This document shows positions 55,721-64,000 of a DNA stretch of 64,000 nucleotides, piece after piece. This DNA comes from Octopus vulgaris (taxonomy: Eukaryota). The notes under the pieces are model-generated. The model saw only the letters and a program-made list of their open reading frames with translations. It had not been told where the DNA came from and made no database searches. Location: positions 37,076,001-37,140,000 of the forward strand of contig OX597815.1 in NCBI GenBank assembly GCA_951406725.2, given 5' to 3'. A program made the translations under genes and the position numbers. Positions within the stretch are counted from its first letter, which is position 1; the number at the start of each line of letters is the position of its first letter.

Positions 55721-56673
55721 AAAGAAAAAGACGAGCGTAGACTATAATATCAATTAAAAAATCGTAGAGAGAGGTTAATTCATTTCAATGGCAGCAGGGG
55801 ATGTGGGTCGTGCACAACAGAGAGGTGTCTTATGCTCAAGAACTCTCTGAAACCAGGGATTTGATTAAATCCTAAGAGCTAGGGGTTCAAAATCCGCCCA
55901 TACTTTACTAATGTACTAAGTACATTTTAAAATTTTGATCTCCATCAACGTCATAAGGAGATTATATTCAACGACACCGAACCACACTGGTGTAGAGTAT
56001 CGGACTAATTATAGTAATTTCCCTTATTTTAACTTTATATATTTAAAAAACACTTCTCAATATTTTTCCATATATTTTCCTATACTCATTCTATTATCTC
56101 TGTACAGTGAGTCGATATAAATGTTAGTTGGTTGGCTGATTTCTCCAGTTACACTATACACAGTATAGATAGAGGGACAAAGGGTTTTAAGGAGCGTTAA
56201 AGAGAGTGTTAACAGTGTAGTTAAAGTCGATAAAACATTGCAATTAACAAACAGTGGTATGGGTGGTAAAGATGATAAAAACCTACGTAGTCGACGGAGG
56301 ACAAATATATAACATACGTTTACAGGTGTGCGCGCACACGTACACAAACACAGACATAACTATAGTTTAAGTAGATGACTAAGCTTGACAAGGCATTGAT
56401 AGGAGAAAGTAAAGTAGCTGTAGGTTTGCACAGCCACACACACACACACACATATATATGAATATATATGGTATATATGATTGACCGCTAACTCCAAAAG
56501 TTTTTTTTGTATTCTCTCTTTGTTTATTTCCCCGTGTTCCTTTCTGTTGAAGAGCGTAAGTTCGAAATGTAATAGATTTTCTCACCTCGCCGAGTGTCAA
56601 ACTAATATACCTGCTTATTGTTTATACACCTGTCTTCGTCTTTTGTTTCTCTGTAAATTTCAACTATATATAA

Positions 56674-56728
<55 letters not shown>

Positions 56729-57037
56729 TAGATAGATAGACAGATATAGAGGTCACAAAAGTGGCAGATGGTACTAAAAATAAGAATTAGAATAGCTCAA
56801 AACTGCAAAATCACTGAATTTAATGACTGAAATAGGAGATAAGTTCCCAACATACATAGCAGGATCGCAATTTCAGATTTTAACGTACACCATCAATAAG
56901 ATACAATATTTAGCAGAGAGGGATGTATTGGTGGTGAGGTTAAAGAAAGGTAGATAGACAGAGAATTGACAGGGTAGGCAGTTATATTGAGATAGATAGA
57001 GATATATATATATATATAGAGAGAGGGAGCGGCAGAT

Positions 57038-57424
57038 AGTGTGGAAGCACTCCGTCGGTTACGACGACGAGGGTTCCGGTTGATCCGAATCAACGGAACA
57101 GCCTGCTCGTGAAATTAACGTGTAAGTGGCTGAGCACTCCACAGACACGTGTACCCTTAACGTAGTTCTCGGGGATATTCAGCGTGACACAAAGAGTGAC
57201 AAGGCCGGCCCTTTGAAATACAGGTACAACAGAAACAGGAAGGAAGAGTGAGAGAAAGTTGTGGTGAAAGAGTACAGCAGGGATCACCACCATCCCCTGC
57301 CGGAGCCTCGTGGAGCTTTAGGTGTTTTCGCTCAATAAACACTCACAACGCCCGGTCTGGGAATCGAGACCGCGATCCTATGACCGCGAGTCCGCTGCCC
57401 TAACCACTGGGCCATTGCGCCTCC
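57038..57424 (-). mobile_element. S1 tRNA-derived SINE, full length and young
   Basis: Head GGAGGCGCAATGGCCCAGTGGTTAGGGCAGCGG...TCGATTCC. Nearly identical to 62374-62762. Confidence 0.9.
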
Positions 57425-57559
57425 AGAGGCAGATAATGTTTGTATTATCAAAAGTTGAACTGAAATGAGGTTTGTTACTGAAAATTATAATGATGATGAT
57501 GATAGTGGTGTGTTGATAGTGCAAAGTATTTTTTATTGAACTAATTTATTTTATAGCGA

Positions 57560-57860
57560 CCATCACTTAACGCATGGGCATAAGTGCAACTATGGATTCA
57601 CAAGAAACATGGTTGCAAGGTGCCCGAGAAATGATGGGCAGATATAGAGCACGAATCAGAGAGGAACAGCGAAAGGATATAATAAAAAGACGAAATAGAT
57701 AACGCCGGAAAAGACGCGAAGAAATGAACGTAGACGAACGTCAAGTATATTTAGAAAAAGCTAAACTATGAATGCGATAAAAATACAAATTATCCTTTCT
57801 TTTTTAATTAGGTCCTCTTAATGTTTTTCATTCGGTGGAATTTACACGGATCACACTAGT
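57560..57860 (+). mobile_element. Helitron-like 3' end
   Basis: Hairpin TCGGTG-gaattta-CACGGA followed 5 nt later by CTAGT. R/E-rich coding relic upstream. Confidence 0.55.
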
Positions 57861-58238
57861 ACAATATGGTATAATACAACAAAAGCACCATAAACCAAGC
57901 ATCCGAGAACTCCCTAAACACATTTTACTCTACAAGAACTAAAATTTCAATGAAGTTCAAATTAAAACAATGAGAATACAAAAGAAAGTTTCACAGTCAA
58001 GAACAACACACACATACAAAAACAAGAACACCAGACATTTATACCCTATCTTAAATTACCTAACGGATAACATTGTGTGCGTGCGCGCGCGTTTGTATGT
58101 GTGTATAATCGATATAATAATGGAATATGCTAATCATATTTTGACTGATCATGTTTTGTTACTAAAAAATATAATACTTGATTCAGTTCTTTCTTGTCAC
58201 CTGCTGCACGTCTTGGAAACTTTATATCCACCCCATGC

Positions 58239-58319
<81 letters not shown>

Positions 58320-58397
58320 AATACAAAATGGAACAATAACGTAAAACATTCAAAAAGACGATACAAAAAACACGGACGGGTCATTCGAAGGCTCTAA

Positions 58398-58448
58398 TCT
58401 TCAGTCAAGAACCGGATCATCCTCGCAATTTCGGCTGATTAATCTTGA
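58398..58448 (-). ncRNA. Permuted hammerhead-like motif, family A copy 3 (intact CUGAAGA, starts at predicted cleavage site)
   Basis: TCAAGA-ttaa-TCAGCC-GAA-ATTGC-gaggat-GATCCGG-t-TCTTGA-CTGAAGA. Confidence 0.55.
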
Positions 58449-58821
58449 TACATATATATCACCGTCATCTCCCATCTCCATTTCTTGTTTCAAGCCGATC
58501 ACCAAGGCGACTGGTTGTGTTTCTTTCAACTCCCACTTTCTACACGCTTTGCTGTCTCTCGTCTCTCTGCTTCTAATCCTTTAGGATATTCCTCGTAGCG
58601 GTAACCATATTTTCGCCTGGCCCTAACGCTTTATTTTGTTTATTTATCTTATATATTGTTCGTAAGTCCACATTTCATCTTGTTTGTTTTCATCTTTATC
58701 CCTTGTCTGTCCACTATTCGTCTCGTCTTGATTATTATTTCATTTGTATACTGTATATTGCATATGCATTTTCACTTTCGGTCATATTTGGTCGCTTGTT
58801 CGGTGATTCACTACACCTCCC

Positions 58822-58912
58822 GGAGGTCTATCGTCGACGATGCCACCATATGGGAGTAATATTATCGTTATAGACGCAGAATTACTAAGCACCTTTGACC
58901 GATAACTGATGA
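58822..58912 (+). ncRNA. Permuted hammerhead-like motif, family B
   Basis: GGAGGTCTA-tc-GTCGACGATGC-caccatatggg-AGTAAT-A-TTATCG-tta-TAGACGC-AGA-ATTACT-aa-GCACCTTTGAC-CGATAA-CTGATGA. Confidence 0.55.
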
Positions 58913-59806
58913 GAGTTCGGTGACTGCTTTTCGTTTGTGCTTACACTTGTTATATATATTGTATAACGTAGAGTTCTGGGGTTTTGTTCAACTAAAAAAC
59001 CCTTCATTCAAAGCAGTGCCCTAGCATGGCCGCATTCAAACAACCGAAACAAGTAAAAGTTATATATATATATATAGCATGTAATTTGGACGATTTGCCA
59101 ACAGAAATGAAGACTCTCCGAAACTTAACGTTTTCTAAGGCAATTTTCTCTGTAGAATGAATACGTTCTTTAAAATACATAAACTGCGTTTCTATAATTG
59201 AAATATTGACAAACGGGAAGTTTGTATACAAATGCAAATAAAGCTAGTGTAAATAAAATCTAGGAAAATCTAACGATGAATTCTCATCCTTAAATTAAAT
59301 TTGAAATGAAAACCTAAAAGGGAAAGTAAATAAAAACGAAAATCTACTTTAAAAGAAATTCTACAAAACTGCATCAAATTTAGCTAATAAGACTTCCATT
59401 GATCCTTGTGGAGTGTTTAGATTCAAGTGAAATAAATTATAAAAGAAAAATTCAGAATAAAAAACATGCCAATAATGAAATGGATAAAAATTTTCAATAG
59501 CTATCACAGAAATCAATTGAAGTCATCACAGAAGGAAAACAGTTCAAATTAAGAATCCACAATGAAACAAATAGGGCTTAAAGCTATTGAATGAAGATTT
59601 TGAAAGATGTAAGGGAAAGATGATAATGGATGCATTTGTAAACTCTCTAACAAAATTTAATAAAATTTTAATTTACAAAGCTAAAATAATAAACAGCTAA
59701 ATTGAGCGGAGAACTAATAGATTTACCTCTAACATTTTCAGCTTAAAATTCAACAATAAATCTTTAATAGAAGGTTGAATAATTATGATGATGATGATGA
59801 TGATGC

Positions 59807-59868
<62 letters not shown>

Positions 59869-60814
59869 TGGAAAGGTCATATCGCAAATTTATGCAAAAC
59901 TGCGAAAAAAAGCGACAAAGGAATATATAATATTTGTGAAGATGCTGTTGAAACACGTATGATGGAAAGAATGATGAAATCATTGAAATCAATAATCAAC
60001 CGAAGTATACTTTTGGAATCATGTAAGAGAGGTGTAAAAGACATGCAAAATTGCACGACATGTTTTGGCCACAAAAATACAATGCCCATCTCATTGGAAA
60101 ATATCGATCTATTTTCCAAAATCAAAGAAGAGACATCAGAAAGACTGGTGATACTCTCTCAAAATAGCATTTATATCCAACGCAACCAAAGTTATGCTTA
60201 AATTGCTTTATCGATTAGAAAAGTTTTTCAAAGTTCATCTACTTCAAGAAGAAACTAGATTCTGTAAAAGTAGACCCGTCAGAGATACAATTGTTAATGT
60301 AAGATCAGTCTAAATTGAATCTTATGATTTCAAATAAAAGAATATAAATATTTTATTGATTAAAATAAAGGTTTTGACCATGTTGATTACATAAGAGTAT
60401 AGAATATTTTAAGATATGAGTTCCAGATCCTCTTGTTTATCTTTCAGACAAACTTCACGATCACCAACAAACAGTTTTTTTTAAAATTGATTCTCGAGCT
60501 AGGCTGTGTTTTAATACTTTAACTTATTCAGTGGAAAATATAAAAATTCTAAAAGTACCGCTAAAGAGTTTAAAGAGTAGAAAAAATAAGGACGAAGAAC
60601 CACATGGTTTCGAGTTCAGTGTTCTCGATTACGGCCTCGGACATTCATTTTCAAGGTTCACTTGGAAATATTGATGAGAGTTTATCAAAGAGGGACAATG
60701 CCTCTCTTCAGCCGTTTCAATCACCATACAACCTCTCTCGCTATGATAATCAGAAATATAATTGCTGTCTCCCCTCCCTGACAAAAAGAAAGCGGCGGGA
60801 GGATGAGTCTAAAT

Positions 60815-61725
60815 AACAATTGTTTCTGATTGAGGCACGCCCAGCAGATTTGAGGGAAGGCATTTTGTCAATATTCTCGATCCCAGTACTTTATAAAATT
60901 GGTATTTTATTTTATTCACCCCAAAATGATAAAAGGTAAAGTTGACCTCGACAGCATTTGAACTTAGAATGTAAAGAAATACCACAAAGTATTTTTCCAA
61001 TACTAATAATTCTGTCGTGGAGGCGCGTGGCTTAGTGGTTAGGGTGTCAGCATGATGATCGTAAGATTGTGGTTTCGATTCCTAGTCCGGGCGACGCGTT
61101 GTGTTCTTGAGCAAAACAATTTGTTTCACGTTGCTCCAGTCCACTCAGCTGGCAAAAATGAGTAACGCTGCGATGGGCTGGAGTCCCATCCAGCTGGGGA
61201 ACACATACACCATTGAAACCGGGCCCATGAGCCTGGTTAGGCTTTAAAAGTGCGCATTTATTTTTTTTATTAATGATTCTGTCAGCTCGCCGCCATATAT
61301 AGCAGTTGGTTAGGTACAAGGTCACCAGATTTGAAGGGAACGGTCTAGTCAATTACTTCAACCTCAGTATTTACATAGTATCTCACATTTATTGACCCCA
61401 GAATGATAAGAGGTACATATAATATTGGCGATATTTGAACTCATAACGTAGAATAGACAACTAAATTCTATTTTGTCCGACGATCTAAAAGCTTTGCAAA
61501 TCTACCACTCTAATGATTAAATGATTATCTGAAATTTTGGCACAAGGCTAGCAAATTTTTAGAGGGTAGGGCTTAGCCAATTACGCCGACCCAGTACTTG
61601 GCTGGGATTTATTTTATGAACTTCGAAAGGATAAAATGCAAAGCTAATCTCAGAACGTAAAGAACCGGAAAAATTACCGTTAAGCATTTTCTCCGTCGCA
61701 ATAAGGATTCTGTCAGTTTAGTACC

Positions 61726-61766
<41 letters not shown>

Positions 61767-61970
61767 TGTTTCTGTTGTAGGCACAGGGCTTGAAATTTGA
61801 TGAGAAGTGTCAAGTCGATTACATCCATTCCCGTACTTACCTGCGACTTATTTTATCGACCTCGAAAGGAAAAATTAACTCGTCGGAATTTGATCTCAGA
61901 GCGCAAAGAGTTGGAAGAAATGCTTAACAGCATTTTGTCCACGCGGTAACAATGTGTCATCTTGCCATCT
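60815..61970 (-). mobile_element. Tandem cluster of about four S3 SINEs with an S1-type SINE (61017-61260, +) inserted
   Basis: Repeated S3 modules. The inserted head reads GTGGAGGCGCGTGGCTTAGTGGTTAGG...GGTTTCGATTCC. Confidence 0.75.
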
Positions 61971-62158
61971 TGATAAAAAAAATATTACTATAACTACTAC
62001 TAATATAGAAATACGAGACAAAAGATTGAAATATCTGATTTGTCTGAGATGATTACACTTTAAACAATAACGTAGCCACCGAGGAAACTATAGAATTTAT
62101 TGTATAGATACTGGTTGGATTGTCATAGTGATGAATGTACCGGGTAGGAGGGGAAAGT

Positions 62159-62781
62159 ATAGGGTGGCCCAAAAGTAGGTTTACAGTTATTCAACTATCT
62201 CTGTCGCATTCATATAATAATAATTTAGAACTTAATTATAAAAAATATGAATCCATTATTCTATGCTAATTTAGTTGATTTTTCCGTCTGTAAGATAGAA
62301 ATTTAAATGTAATAAAATGTTTCAAAAGAAATTTAAAGTGCCTAAGTGATAACTGTAAACCTACTTTTGGTCCTTATGGGTTATGGAAGCACTCCGTCGG
62401 TTACGACGACGAGGGTTCCGGTTGATCCGAATCAACGGAACAGCCTGCTCGTGAAATTAACGTGTAAGTGGCTGAGCACTCCACAGACACGTGTAACCTT
62501 AACGTAGTTCTCGGGGAGATTCAGCGTGACACAGAGAGTGACAAGGCCGGCCCTTTGAAATACAGGTACAACAGAAACAGGAAGTAAGAGAAAGTTGTGG
62601 TGAAAGAGTACAGCAGGGTTCACCACCAACCACTGCCGGAGCCTCGTGGAGCTTTAGGTGTTTTCGCTCAATAAACACTCACAACGCCCGGTCTGGGAAT
62701 CGAAACCGCGATCCTATGACCGCGAGTCCGCTGCCCTAACCACTGGGCCATTGCGCCTCCACACTTTTGGTCCACCTGCAT
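62159..62781. mobile_element. Tc1/mariner-type MITE whose right TIR is interrupted by a SINE
   Basis: Left TIR AGGGTGGCCCAAAAGTAGGTTTACAGTTAT. Right TIR ATAACTGTAAACCTACTTTTGGTCC|SINE|ACCTG. Confidence 0.85.
62374..62762 (-). mobile_element. S1 SINE, full length, 11-bp TSD
   Basis: TSD ACTTTTGGTCC at 62363-62373 and 62763-62773. Confidence 0.92.
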
Positions 62782-63610
62782 ATGCAATACTAGCAGTGAA
62801 GAGATGGACAGTCTCAAGTTAGAGGTTGTTGTTGCTGCTGAATATTTGATAGAGTTTTTTCATGATTTTTTTCCTATTTTTTATTTTCTTGAGATGAAAG
62901 GCTTTCAAGAGCTGGTTTAGTTGTCAGTTTGTCTTGCTGATCTTTTATTGGAAAGCAATGTCACTGAAACATGATACATGTGTGTTCCGTGCTGTCGAGA
63001 GGCGAAACAAAACATTGGCTAGGATATCGGTTTCATATATTGTTTGTTATAGGCAAATTGTTTGTAATAGACATGACATTTGTGTTCAGCATGATGTAGC
63101 ATGGTATAATAATATTTGTGAAGTCACTTCTGTTTATTACATTTTTTTGTTTAAAATTATTTCGGGAAGATGCTCAGATTCTTTTTGTCTCAAAGTAAAC
63201 CAATGCAATTTGATTTTGAGGACTGTTTTATTTAATTACTTCTTTGTGTAGGGAAATAATATGCGGACATTAGTTTGTAGTACCGTCATTGAATATGGGG
63301 AACTTGATATATTCTTCGTTTTATTATTTTTGTTAAACTAAGGTTCTTTAGAGTGTATGTGATTACATGGAAATAATTATGGATATTAGTTTGAGTTTAA
63401 ATATCGGAAATTTTTATTGTTGAAGTATCGTGTACTTTCAAAACATTGGATTACTGAAGTTTAAGAAAAACATACCCTGGAAAATTTTCCTGTCAACTGA
63501 ATCCTGTGATTTATGGTACTGAATTGCAGAAGATAGCTGTAAAGAAACCATGACTGACTGGTCTGGCTACAATCGTACAAGAAGAAAAAGAAGAAAAAGA
63601 AGGACGACGA

Positions 63611-63664
<54 letters not shown>

Positions 63665-63689
63665 GTATACACACAACTATCATTTATCG

Positions 63690-64000
63690 TTTACTCGTTG
63701 TTAGTTTTATTTATTCGGCTGCGGTCATGCTGGGGCTCCGCCTTCAGGGTTTTAGCCGAACGAATCGATGCTAGTACTTATTTTTGAAAGTCTGGTACTT
63801 ATTCTATGGGTCTCTTTTGCCGAACCGCTGGGTTACGGGGATGTAAACAAACCAAGAACGGTTGTCAAGCGTTGGTTGGGTACAAACACAAACAAAAAGG
63901 AACACGTGCATAGATAAACACACACACACACACACATGTACGACAGGTGTCTTTCATTTTCCATTTACCAAATTCACTCACAAGTCTTTCAAGGTGCCAC
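63690..64000 (-). mobile_element. S2 SINE running off the window edge
   Basis: Similar to 8400-8828. Confidence 0.8.

Noticed and set aside
57340-57424. tRNA-like sequences with A and B boxes (also 8750-8828, 34309, 61017 and 62690-62762)
   Set aside because: They are SINE heads continuous with SINE bodies, not complete tRNA cloverleaves.
59785-60201. 138-aa ORF
   Set aside because: Starts in (ATG)n/(ATA)n repeats. The remainder has no recognisable domain and is probably a decayed retroelement.

Overview
Eukaryotic, AT-rich, microsatellite-dense DNA. The SINE families and repeat landscape suggest an octopus or other cephalopod, which is an inference. There is one convincing protein-coding gene: a class A (rhodopsin-family) peptide-receptor-like GPCR with an intron-free CDS (28006-29163, minus strand) and a splice acceptor 84 nt upstream of its ATG. 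The rest is a mosaic of decayed mobile DNA. It includes R4/Dong-like LINE pieces, some sitting in (TAA)n, plus Tx1/L1-, CR1- and Penelope-like (PLE) fragments. It also holds mariner, Tc1 and Chapaev3-like DNA transposon relics, several MITEs, a Helitron 3' end and three tRNA-derived SINE families. The most interesting signal is in short modules embedded in (TA)n, which carry many hammerhead-ribozyme (HHR) motifs, some canonical and some with variant cores. Two unrelated sequence families (four copies) show the same scrambled hammerhead strand order, IIa-Aa-IIIa-UH-Ia-IIb-GAAA/IIIb-Ab-Ib-CUGANGA. Stem I shows compensatory changes between copies, and one copy begins exactly at the predicted cleavage site. 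All calls were made by eye with no alignments, folding or database searches, so repeat boundaries are approximate.
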